NCBI GenBank assembly: GCA_030390025.1
Contig: CM059432.1
Coordinates: 44,022,001 to 44,086,000 of the forward strand
DNA length: 64,000 bases
Direction: 5' to 3'
Source of the DNA: Squalus acanthias
Lineage: Eukaryota
Positions 12,100 through 23,830 of this stretch are shown one piece after another. Every line of letters begins with the position of its first letter. The stretch's first letter is position 1. The notes beneath the pieces are model-generated. The model was not told the DNA's origin. It made no database searches and saw only the letters and a program-made list of their open reading frames with translations. A program made the translations under genes and the position numbers.

Positions 12100-15000
12100 A
12101 AATAGTGGTGTGGGAGGCAGGGGTTTTGCTTCATGGGGCACTGGCACCAGTACTGAGGAAAGAGGGAGCTGTTCTGTTGGGACAGGCTCCACTTAAACCG
12201 GGCTGGAACCAGTGTCCTGGTGAATCGAATAACTAGGGCAGTAGACAGGCTTTAAAACTGATGAAGGGGGGTGGGAGGATTCAGGAAAGAGTATATTTAA
12301 AAGCAGCAAGAGAAATGTCAAGGCTCTAGAGCAGAGTTTTGGGTAAAAATAAGCAGAGCGAGTCAGGAAGGGAGAGAGTAACAAAAGTAATAGGGCATCA
12401 GTGACATCAGGGAAAAACAGAAAAAAGTCAAAGCTAAAGGCACTATATCTGAATGCGCAAAGCATTCACAACAAAATAGATTAATAGCACAGATAGAAAT
12501 TAATAAGTTTGATCTAATAGCCATTACGGAGACGTGGTTGCAAAGTGACCAAGGTTGGGAACTAAATATTCCAAGATACTTAACTTTTAGAAGAGATAGG
12601 CAAAATGGAAAAGGAGGAGGGTAGCCCTGATAATAAAGGATGGTTAAAGACAGTAGACAGAAAGGATCTTAGCTCGGAAAATCAAGAAGTAGAATCAGTT
12701 TGGGTGGAGTTAAGAAACAGCAAGGGGCAGAAAAGATTGGTGGGAGTTGTTTAAAGGCCCTCAAATAGTAACTGTAATGTAGGGCAGAGTGTAAATCAGG
12801 AAATGAGAGGCGTATGTAACAAGGGTAATACAGTAATCATGGAGGACTTTAATCTACAAATAGACTGGGTAAACCAAATTTGCAGTAGTAATGTGGAGGA
12901 CGAGTTCATGGAATGTATACAAGACAGTTTTCTAGATCAGTATGTTGAGGAACCAACTAGGGAACAGACTATTTTAGATCTAGTATTGTGTAATGAGAAA
13001 GGGTTAATTAATAACATTGTAGTAAAGGGGCCCTTTGGGAAGAGTGACCATAATATGATAGAATTTTATATTGCATTTGAAAGTGATTTATTTAAATCCG
13101 AAACTAGGGTCTTAAATCTAAACAAACTATGTAGGTATGACGTGCGAGTTGGCTAAAGTAGATTGGGAAACTACATTATAAAGGTATGATGGTAGACAAG
13201 CAATGGCTAGCATTTAAAGAATGAATACATAATTTACAAAAAATATACATTCCTTTAAGGCACAAAAACCCAACAGGAAAAGTGGTCCAACTGTGGCTAA
13301 CAAGAGAAGTTAAAGATAGTATTAGATTAAAAGAGGCTTATAATGTTGCCAAAAAGAGTAGTAAGCCTGAGGATTGGGAGGATTTTAGAATTCACCAAAG
13401 GAGGACCAAGAAATTGATCAGGAAAGAGAAAAAAGAGTAAATTAACAAGAGACATAAAAATAGATTGTAAACATTTCTAAAATGTAAATAGGAAGAGATT
13501 AGTGAACGTAAACGTGGGCCCATTAGAGGCAGAGACAGGAGAAATTATAATGGGCAATAAGGAAATGGTAGAGAAATTAAACAAATACTTTGCATCTGTC
13601 TTCACAGTAGAAGACACAAAAAACATTCCGGAAATAATGGGGAACCAAGGGTCTAGAGAGAATGAGGAACTTAAAGAAATCAATATAAGTAAAGACATAG
13701 TACTGGAGAAATTAATGGGACTAAGTGGCGACAAATCCCCTGGACCCGACGACCTGCATCCTAGGGTTTTAAAAGAGGTAGCTCCAGAGATAGTGGATGC
13801 ACTGGTATTAATCCTCCAGAATTCCCTAGATTCTAGAACAGTCCCCAAGGATTGGAAGGTAGCAAACATAACCCTGCTATTTAAGAAAGGAGGAAGAGAA
13901 AAAACAGGGAACTATAGGCCAGTTAGTCTAACATCAGTAGTAGGCAAAATGCTAGAATCTATTATTAGGGACATGGTAACAGGGCACTTAGAAAATCGTA
14001 AAATGATTAGGCAGAGTCAAGATGGTTTTATGAAAGGGAAATTGTGTGAAAAGGAAATAGTGTTTGACAAATCGGTTAGAGTTTTTTGAATTTGTAACTA
14101 GTAGGATGGATAAGGGGGAAGCAGATGATGTAGTGTATTTGGATTGTCAAAAAGCATTCGATAAGGTGCCACACAAAAGGCTATTACACAAAATTAGGAC
14201 TCATGGGATTGGGGGTAATATATTGGCATTGATTGCGGATTGGTCAATGGACAGAAGAGAGAGAGTATGAATAAACAGGGCTTTTTTGGGTTGGCAGGCT
14301 GTAACTAGTGGGGTACCGCAAGGATCAATGCTTGGGCCTCAGCTATTTACAATCTATATTAATGACATAGATGAAGAGACTGAGTGTAATGTATGCAAGT
14401 TTGCTGTTGATACAAAGTTAGGTGGGAAAGTAAGCTGTGAGAAGGACTGGAGAGATATAGACAGGTTGACTGAGTGGGCAAGAACATGGCAAATGGAATA
14501 CAATGTGGGGGAAGTGTGAAGTTATCCACTTTGGTAGGAAAACTAAAAAAGCAGAATATTTTTTGAATGGTGAGAGACTGGGAAATGTTTGCATTCAGAG
14601 GGACCTGGGTGTCCTTGTACATGAATCACAGAAAGTTAACATGCAGGTACAGCAAGCAATTAGGAAAGCAAATGGTATGTTAGCTTTTGTTACAAAGGGA
14701 TTAGAGTACAAGAGTAAAGAAGTCTTACTACAATTATACAGGGCATTGGTGAGGCCACACCTGGAGTACTGTGTACAGTTCTGGTCTCCTTACCTAAGGA
14801 AAGGCATACTTGCCTTAGGGGGAGTGCAACGAAGGTTCACTGGACTGGTTCCTGGGATGAGGGGATTGCCCTATGAGGAGAGATTGCGTAGACTAGGCCT
14901 ATATTCCTTAAAGTTTAGAAGAATGAGGTGTGATCTAATTGAAACATAAAATTCTAAGGGGCTTGACAGGGTTAATGCTGAGAAAATGTTTCCCCTGGTT

Positions 15001-15305
15001 GGGGAATCTAGAACACGGGGTCACAGTCTCAGAATAAGAGGTCGGCCATTTAGAACTGAGATGAGGAGAAATTTCTTCACTCGAAGGGTTGTGAATCTTT
15101 GGAATTCTCTACCCCAGAGAGCTGTGGATGCTCAGTCGTTGAGTATATTCACGACAGAGGTCGATAAATTTTTGGGAACTAAGGGATATGAGGATAGTGC
15201 GGGAAGGTGGAGTTGAGGTAGAAGATCAGCCATGATCTTGTTGAATGGCGGAGCAGGCTTGAAGGGCCAAATGGCCTACTCCTGCTCCTATTTCTTATGT
15301 TCTTA
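12100..15305 (+). mobile_element. CR1 LINE, near full ORF2 (APE endonuclease + RT) plus the end of ORF1, frameshifted
   Basis: Consecutive ORFs: EDFNL..LDLVLCN..SDHN (endonuclease), [41 protein letters not shown]. Ends in the CR1 tail ttcttatgttctta. Confidence 0.95.
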
Positions 15306-15421
15306 AAACTGGAAAGACAACGTTTTGTGATGGCAAGAAGTTGTTTCCGTTTCCTTTTCAAAAACTTGAATAGGAAAGCTGAATAGTGAATTTTGAAAAA
15401 TAAAGCTGGCTTCAAATGATT

Positions 15422-15427
15422 TTATTT
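15422..15427 (-). promoter_or_regulatory. Candidate OTUD6B polyadenylation signal (AATAAA on minus strand)
   Basis: TTTATT on plus ~560 nt after the stop codon. A second candidate lies near 15708. Confidence 0.35.
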
Positions 15428-15985
15428 AATCCACATAATCTCTGAAAATTATGTTTTATGCATCTTAAAAGAAAAATACTCAATCAACAGATCTTTGCAA
15501 TCTGTATTTCAAGCACAATTTGTCTTAAAATTCAATGGCACAAAATATACAGTAAGCGTCAAATGTTTGTGCTATAGCACTGAATAATAAATTGACGTAA
15601 ACTGCTGCAGATTCTAAACAACTTCCTTTTACTGAAAACTTGATGAAAAACTAAGAGTGATTGAGACAATCTATTGGGCTCATCTCCATTCCTTTTGACA
15701 TCTGAAATTTTATTTGTCTCACTATGCACAGCATATACTGAACAGCAGGATCACTGAAATTTTTAACCCTGATGAACACATGCAGTCTTCATTCAGCTCT
15801 TATTACTGGTCTTCTCACAATTAAATGGTCTATCCAGGAAAAAAAACTGGGATATGCATCATCATTCTCAAATTCTCCACATGAACTGTGCACAAAGTAC
15901 AGTTTTCAGCTCAACAGAAAAAGTACAACGTTGAGAAATTCAAATACTTTGATGTAAACAGTAAAATGCAAATGCTGATCAGTAT

Positions 15986-16058
15986 TTAGCATCCATCTTC
16001 AGTTAATTGTTCTACAGAGTTATAATGTTCTCCTAAACCATATGCATGTCTCATGTAC
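15986..16058 (-). CDS. OTUD6B: OTUD6B exon 7 (last coding exon, 73 nt including TAA)
   Basis: tttacag|G YMRHAYGLGEHYNSVEQLTEDGC*. Contains the catalytic His motif HYNS. Confidence 0.95.
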
Positions 16059-16450
16059 CTGTAAACGAGAAAAAAAGTATTCAATATAATATTAAGATTG
16101 TATGATATGAAGCAGTTTTACAAAGAATAAGCAACAGTCCCACTCCTGGCTGAACTCCTGACTGATTTTGTTTGGCATTAACAACCCAATTGTTATAAAA
16201 TAGCATATCCTTTGACTAACTGTGACAATGCCGCAAGAGATTCACTGCTAGCAATTTAGCAAATGTTTTCAGTGTTCAAACTAATCTTTAATATTTGATC
16301 TGTGCTTACCCTGAAAGAATATGGTGTTTCCCTTTATATTAAAGCATTGAACTGTCTATAATTACAGTATTTAGATGGCTGTAGCATCTGTAGTTACATA
16401 AATGTACTTTATTGCTGATATTTGAATTCTGACCTGTCGAATTGGAGGTA

Positions 16451-16703
16451 CAGTAAACTCTTGTTTAAAAGGCACTTAATCATCCGGAATACTTTAATAA
16501 CCGGCAAAATAGATAACCGGTAATCTTGCCGAATCCATCCAGCACTCGTTTTGCCGAGTCCGAGTCTCCCGTGGTGGCCGAGGTAGTCAGTGGTTTTTAT
16601 TTTTGTTTGTGTTAAAAATTGCCTACCTCTCTGTTATCCAGAATTTTTCCATCAACTGGCACCATCTTGGTCCCGTAGGTGCCGGATAAGAAAGAGTTTA
16701 CTG
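16451..16703. mobile_element. Tc1/mariner (Tigger/pogo-like) MITE
   Basis: TIRs CAGTAAACTCTTgtTTAaaaGGCAC / GTGCCggaTAAgaAAGAGTTTACTG, flanked by a TA target duplication on both sides. Confidence 0.8.
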
Positions 16704-16849
16704 TATTTAGGTCGGCATCTCTGATGCAAAATTTGGTTCCTTCTTATCCCAATGACAAGTGCTCAATGTCAGCTTTGGAAGTGTCCACTAGTCAGAACAT
16801 ATTGGGCTGCTGTATTAAACTATCAACGACATGTCTAACCTACAATCGT

Positions 16850-17222
16850 TTTTTTATTCATTCACGGGATGTGGGCATTGCTGGAAAAGCCAGCATTTAT
16901 TGCCCATCCCTAATTACCCTTGAGAAAGTGGTGGTGAGCCGCCCAAGTGGCTTGCTGAGCTATTTCAGAGGGCAGCTAAGAGTAAATCACATTGCTGTGG
17001 GTCTGGAGTCAGACCAGGTAAGGACAGCAGATTTCCTTCCCTAAAAAACATTAGTGAACCAGATGGATTTTTACAACAATCTGGTATTTTCATGCTTACT
17101 AGTTTTTAATTCCAGATTTAGTTAATTGAATTTAAATTCCCCAGCTGCCGTGGTGGGATTTGAACTCATGTCTCCGAATCATCCGGATTACTAGTCCACT
17201 TAAATAACCTCTAGCTACTGTG
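16850..17222 (-). mobile_element. tRNA-derived SINE with a LINE-derived 3' tail
   Basis: Pol III B-box GAGTTCAAATCCC on minus near 17155-17167. The 3' ~90 nt match the tail of the LINE fragment at 46080-46170. Confidence 0.75.
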
Positions 17223-18132
17223 CAATATAAAGTCAGTTTAGGTCCATAGCAGGGAGTGGTGTGCTCAAGGCTGGGTGTGGGTGGCAAATTTTTTATATAA
17301 AATTTATGAAAGGGCAGGGGATAGGTAGTCAGAGGTAGGGAGCAGCAAGAGGCCAGCAGAAAGTCAGGCCTGAAACATCAAGGGAGAAAGGGACTTCAAA
17401 AAAATACAACAAGGTCAGTTGGCTGAGGCCAGTGATGCTGGGATCAGAAATGTGGTCTGACGATAGCCCGTGGTGTGCCAAGATAAAATTGAAAAAATAA
17501 TTTTCCAACAATAAAGTGGCCATGATTTGTTGCCATCTTTTATTACTAACTTCCCCCCCCGAAGTTTTACTGGCTCTCATATAAAAGGCATTACACTGTC
17601 AGGTAACATTAACATATTGTGTCATCTACAGGCTAACAAGTATTGCAGGTAAATATAAAATGAAACTCATCAGCATAGGTTAATATAGGGATATCAATTT
17701 GAAATGCAATGTTGTAACCCACCTACCAATTTTTTAATATATAGTAGATACAGGCGAGTCTGTTTTGCAGGTAATTAACATTAATACCACTTTGTTCCTT
17801 ATCTCAGCTGCACTGTTCTGAGCAGAGGCTTAGCTCTTTCTTGCGAGCAGAGGAAGGAGATCATGTCCTCTTAGCACCCTTACAAAGTGGAAGCAATGTC
17901 ATCCAGGCCTGCAGTTCCAGCAGCTGATCCATAGCAGTGTTAGTGCAGCCCTGGGAACAGGCCACCTCCCTCTCCAATGCTGGTGTGTGACCAGGAAAGA
18001 CATTTTTTTTTTTGAATAGGAATATCTGATCCTAGTAATCTTTTTTCAATTTGATGAAAAAAAAAACCTACAATATTGCACAAGTATTTTTGTAGTTGGT
18101 AGTAAAATCCCTATGAGAGAGTTTTCACTTAC

Positions 18133-18239
18133 ACGAGAATTATTGGTTTCCTTCCGTACTCTTCACCTATTGTAATTGGAGTAGAGTCTGCTTGTATAAC
18201 CTCCACTGGCATTTTCAAAACCTGCGACAAAGCCCTCAA
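18133..18239 (-). CDS. OTUD6B: OTUD6B exon 6 (107 nt)
   Basis: ttacag| [35 protein letters not shown](V) |gtaagt. Confidence 0.95.
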
Positions 18240-18509
18240 CTGTAAGGAATTAAACAAATATTGAAGAACAAAATTAGATATTTCTATCATTTTGCAATTT
18301 TGAGTGCAACCCAAAAACATGATACATGTAGAGACTGTATGTGCAACCAGTTAGAAGACAGTCCTTTCATCTTTGGGATTTGAATTTAATTCAGTCTAAA
18401 CAGATGCAATATAGAGCTCACTGACTGGTTTAAAATATGATGTGGGAAAGATTTGAATACATTTTTTCTGTGTTTATATTGTGAATTCTGGGAGATTCTC
18501 TCACAGCTA

Positions 18510-18595
18510 CTCTACCTGAGGAAGGGGCGACAGCTCCGAAAGCTTGTAATTTTAAATAAATCTGTTGGACTATAACCTGGTGTTGTGCGACTTCT
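18510..18595 (+). mobile_element. Penelope-like terminal repeat fragment with a minimal hammerhead ribozyme motif
   Basis: tac-CTGAGGA-a-GGGGC gaca GCTCC-GAAA-GC-TT-gta, followed by aataaatctgttggactataacctggtgttg. Confidence 0.65.
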
Positions 18596-19562
18596 CATTT
18601 TGGTTTAAAATAGTTAGAGCTAGACAAAATTGCTTTTTACCAACTATTAATGTCTGCTTGAAAAACATCATGACAGAAGCATTAAATGGTTTGGAAGATA
18701 GAGCAAAGTAGGAAGATTTTAAATTTCCACTTGAGTGAGGGCAGTCTTCCCAGCTGAAATGAAACAAGTACATGAACTGGCTCAGAGGAGAAGTGAAATT
18801 TATGGCATCACGATAAAGTAAAAATACAACCCAAGTTGAAGTGACAGGTAAAAGGAACCAAACCAATATTATGACTGGAACAGAGGCTCTGGAATTGGTG
18901 TACCAACTTAAATACTTGGAAAGCAAGACTGATCCTGGTAATCAGTGTGAAGGATGAAAGCAGAGCAAGAACAGCTCTGACAACTTCAGCTTTGGAGAAG
19001 TTCTCTGGAGTTCAGAGATATTTATATGCACGTATTTTTTTTCTCCCGCTTTTGCACAAGATATTATTAGAAACTACAGAATGATGGCATGGACATACAA
19101 ATACAGTTTTAGTGAAGCCCTTAAAGATTCCCTACGCTGTGCAGGCCATCTATGTAGTAATAAGACATTATTGGAGCATCATAAATAGAATCCATCTGTG
19201 GAAATTAGAGCAGGACTGACATGTCACTCAGATGCTAACAGAGGTAGAATTAAATCAATGAAGAGGTCTACTGTGACAACAATAGATGGATGTTAGCAAA
19301 TTGACTGAGATGACAAGGACCAAGAAGAGAAGTGACAGAAGCCTCCCTGCTCTATTGGCTAACACAAGTCTATTAAATTAGTTTGGGTAGTATTTATAAT
19401 AATGATCACAAGGCAAACTTAGAGACCAAATACTGTAGCTAGATATCATAAAAAAAACAAAAAAACTCAAAGGGCCGAATGGCCTACTCCTGCTCCTATT
19501 TCTTATGTTCTCATGGTCTTATAAAAGTAATTTCACTTAATCTATGTAATAATAAAAAAGCC

Positions 19563-19697
19563 AGTTCTGATGAAAGGTCATTGACCTGAAACGTTAACTC
19601 TGTTTCTCTCTCCACAGAAGCTGCCTGACCTGCTGAGTATTTCCAGCATTTTCTGCTTTTATTTCAGATTTCCTGCATTCGCTGTATTTTGCTTTTG
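19563..19697 (+). mobile_element. Penelope-like short repeat with an intact minimal hammerhead core
   Basis: agtt-CTGATGA-a-AGGTC att GACCT-GAAA-CG-TT-aact. Second copy of the 337-470 family. Confidence 0.7.
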
Positions 19698-20632
19698 TTT
19701 CTTCACTTAATCTGGTTAGGCTGACATTGTAGGTATTATTTGTCATTGTATTGAGTCACTAATCTTAAAAGCAACTCTTGCCAGAGGTAAGCTTATATCC
19801 CCCCACATTGTCATGCTGCAGGACAATTTGAAATTAAATTCAGTGTCAACTATACTAGGTGGCAGTCATTCTACTCACTGTCTCAATTTTCTTTATCCTC
19901 TGAATTATTTTTGTGACTTATGGTAACTTGTTTGTCAATGCCTCCACTTTTCCAGGAGAAGATATTGCATCTCTGCTTAATGCCTCCTCCAGATATTCTG
20001 ATCTACAGCTATACAGATCCACATTCTGGTACAGGACATGATTGTGCCAACATCTCCATTTTTATCATTTAAAAACCATCAAGAAACAGTAGTATTCTAT
20101 ATTGAAAATTCAAAATGAATTTTGTTTCGTTCACGACTTTGAAAATTCTGAATTTTACCTTTTCATTCTTCATTCCTTGCATTACAAAAGCAGAATTAAA
20201 GAACTTCCTAGAAGGCAGAGTGTTTGGAAAATTTGCCCCAAGGAAAGGAATAGCCAGGGTGGCAAAATGAAGGGTTATCTTGTATAAAAGAAAAAATATA
20301 TACTCTGACTACAATCACATCTAGTATATCCACTTAAAATCAGACTCCTCCTCATTACCAGTAGGATAGCAGTGTACAAGTTTAACACAGAATGTGCTGG
20401 TTATAAGAACATAAGAAATAGGAGCAGGAGTAGGTCATTCGGCCCTTTGAGCCTGCTCCGCCATTCAGTGAGATCATGGCTGATCTTCTGCCATGATTAG
20501 CTAAAGGACACAGTGAGAACATTATTCCAGCGAACGGACTAGCTTTTGTGTTGATAGATTATTTCTATTATTACTTATAAATCAGTACGAATATAATCTA
20601 AAAATAACTGCAGTAAAATAACAATTCCTCAC

Positions 20633-20694
20633 CTCAAGTTGTCCACCCCAGGCTGCTGTGTTGGCTACCTCATCACAGTACTTTTCAAACTCCT
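20633..20694 (-). CDS. OTUD6B: OTUD6B exon 5 (62 nt)
   Basis: ttcag| (E)EFEKYCDEVANTAAWGGQLE |gtgagg. Contains the OTU WGG motif. Confidence 0.95.
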
Positions 20695-20996
20695 CTGAAA
20701 GAGAGATACTTTTTGAAAGTATGATAGAAAAAAAAGTTGCAAAGCAAGAGTATGATACAAATCACATTATTTCCTCCAAACAAAAGACTGAAATTAGATT
20801 TTTTAAATTCAACATTAAAAAAATTGTCTCCAGTCAGGAACTCAGCATGTGGGGTCATTGTGGACACAAACCCACATCCAACCACTCTGTGGCACTCCAA
20901 TACAGTGTCACCGCCCCACAAATTGTACTGTTTAAAAAGTAAGAACTTCAAACATGGCCAGATCCAAATGATAAATTACTGAGATAGTGTGGATGA

Positions 20997-21920
20997 GAAC
21001 ATAAGAAATAGGAGCAGGAGTAGGCCATACAGCCCTTCAAGCCTCCTCCACTATTCATTAAGATCATGGCTGAACTTCTACATCAACTCCACTTTCCTGC
21101 CCGATCCCCATATCCCTTGATTCCCTTAGTGCCCAAACATCTATCAATCTCAGTCTTGATTAAACTTATCGATTGAGCATCCACAGTCCTCTGGGGTATA
21201 GAACTCCAAAAATTCACAATTCTCAGTGAAAAAAATTCTCCTTCTCTCAGTCCTAAATGGCCAACTCCTTATTCCGAGACTGTGACTCTCCAGTCAGGAG
21301 AAACAGCCGCTCAGCACCTACCCTGTCAAGTCCACTAAGAATTTTATAGGTTTCAATGAGATCACCACTCAGTCTTCTAAACTCCAGAGACTATAGGCCC
21401 ATTCTACTCAATCTCTCCTCATAGGACAACCCTCTCATCCCAGAATCAATCCAGTGAACTTTCATTGCACCCCCTTTGAGGCAACTAGATCCTTCCTTCA
21501 GTAAGGAGACCAAAACTGTGCACAGTACTCCAGGTGTGGTCTCACCAAAGCCCTATATAATTGCAGCAAGACATCCTTCCTCTTCTACTCCAACCCCCTT
21601 GCAATAAAGGCCAACATACCATTTGCCTTCCTAATTGCTTTCTGTACCTGCATGTTAACTTTCTGTGATTCTTGCACAAGGACACCCAAAGCCCTCGGAA
21701 TACCAATATTTACTAGTTTCTCACCTTTTAAAAAAAAAGATATTCTGCTTTTCTATTCTTCCTACCAAAGTGGCTAATTTCACATTTCCCCACATTATAC
21801 TCCATCTGCCATTTCTTGCCCAATCACTTAATCTGTCTATATCCCTTTGCAACCTCTTTACGTCCTCCTCACAGCTTACTTTCCCACCTAGCTTTGTATA
21901 GCCACCAAACTTGGATAAAT
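20997..21920 (-). mobile_element. CR1 LINE 3' fragment
   Basis: CR1 tail at 20997 and RT peptide SKFGGYTKLGGKVSCEEDVKRLQRDIDRL. Confidence 0.9.
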
Positions 21921-21997
21921 TACATCTCCACTGTAAGCGGAAAGCACCCCCCACCCAGAACTCTAGCACCCTCCCGCAATTGGCGACCTCCCTCCTG

Positions 21998-22585
21998 TAG
22001 ACGCTTGGATTCCTCTTGGGAGCCGGAAAAATAACAATGAGGTCCTGTCATTAAATTTGGCAGGACCACTGCATCCCCAGCCTTGCCAGGTTTTCCCTGC
22101 TCTACCGCACTCGCCTGCACCCACCCCGCCTTAGTTGAAGTAATGCAGTTGAGGTTTTTTTTAAATTTGGGTGTTATATGCATCTTGTGCTAGATTTTCA
22201 ATTGACACTAATTAAATAGTGACAATAACTTGCTGACTGCTGCACCACATGGTGAATAAAATTGAATATGTTCCTTTATGGATTTAAAATTAACAGTGTG
22301 ATTTGTATTTTCTTGAATTGCTGGAGATAGGAATAAACGCACCATCTCGTTTAATGTATTTTGTACCAGCTTCTACACACTGGAGACAAAATCATAATGT
22401 TAAATACATCTACCTTTAAATTTAGTGTATACCATTCTTCACGGGAAGTTTAAAAAAATACAATTTAATAAAATTAATCAATGACCCAACCCACACTTTC
22501 CCAACTCCTTCCACAACAGCCCAATTTCACGGTCTAACCCACCACACCTATCTCCACTTTTCTCCAAGAGGAATCCAAGCGTCTA
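21998..22585. mobile_element. Unclassified element bounded by a perfect 22-bp inverted repeat (putative MITE)
   Basis: TAGACGCTTGGATTCCTCTTGG (21998-22019) and CCAAGAGGAATCCAAGCGTCTA (22564-22585). Confidence 0.55.
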
Positions 22586-23154
22586 ATATTAGAGTCATAG
22601 AAATTACAGCCCAGTAGGATTCCATTTAGCCCACATCAGTGCTAGCTTTTCAATTAGACCTATTTATTGTAATCCCAATTTCCCCACCCTTTCGTACTCC
22701 TAAGGAAAAGTTACCCATTTGGTATAATCATCTGAGCATGAAATAGTAAATATTCTGAATGATTACTTTCTCAAAGATTCATGGGGGAAGATGCAACCAA
22801 CATGCCCTTCACAAATAAAAAGTACATCTGAACTTCAATATAAATGAGGCTAAAGTCCTAAACAAGTTGAAAAGGCTTAGAACAAATAAACACCCAGGAT
22901 TAGATGGTATTTATCCCAGAATGTTGAAAGATACTAAAATTAAATGGCAGAAGATAGATCTGAATTTTTTCTGAAGCTCTGTGAAGATGTTCACAGACAA
23001 GGCCACCAAGCGGTCAGTTTGTGTAATTACAGCATGATAAGCAAAACACAAATATGGAAACAGGAAATTATAAATGGGAAAAAATAACACAAAAAGTATA
23101 ACAAAGTGTGGTAACAGGAAGTCAAGTGGCAGACATAAGATTTATGTATATAGA

Positions 23155-23212
23155 GATAGATATATATATTTATTTATAATAGAGATTTTATAATATATAT
23201 ATATATATATAT
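23155..23212. repeat. (TA)n-rich microsatellite
   Basis: Directly visible. Confidence 0.85.
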
Positions 23213-23254
23213 TCCATTCATGTGTGTCTATGTATTATATGTAATGGGGAACTG

Positions 23255-23830
23255 CTAGGGTAGATAGGGAGAAACTATTTCCGCTGGTTGGGGAATCTAG
23301 GACTGGGGACATTGCCTTTCAGGAGTGAAGTTAGGAAACACTTCTACATGCAAAGGGTGGTGGTTGTTGTTTTTTATGACGGGAAAAGCTTATAATGCGC
23401 TGTCTAGTTTGGCATCCATTCGATGGCCTCCTGAGATGCAAATGGAGAAGCGAGGTGCATCCCTCATTTGCTTGTCATTGCTCCTCATGGGGAGCTGATG
23501 ACAACCTACATGTGGTATCCCTGCGTGTGCTAGTTCAGAGAACTTGCCAGCTAATGTCATCAAGACGACAACCGAACCCACAAAAGCAGCCGCTCGGTCT
23601 GAAAAGCATGACAGCAAAGGGTGGTAGACGTTTGGAATTCTCTTCCACAAACCGCAGCTGATGTTGGGTCAATTGTTAATTTTAAATCCGAGATTGATAG
23701 ATTTCTGTTAATCAAAGTTATTAAGGGATATGGGCCAAAGGTGGGTATATGGAGTTAGGTCACATATCAGCCATGATTTCATTGAATGGCAGAACAGACT
23801 CAAGGGGCTAAATGGCCTACTCCTGTTTCT
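23255..23830 (+). mobile_element. CR1 3' fragment interrupted by a 252-bp insertion (23362-23613) with a 12-bp TSD
   Basis: GCAAAGGGTGGT is duplicated at 23350-23361 and 23614-23625, and the CR1 sequence resumes afterwards. Confidence 0.8.
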
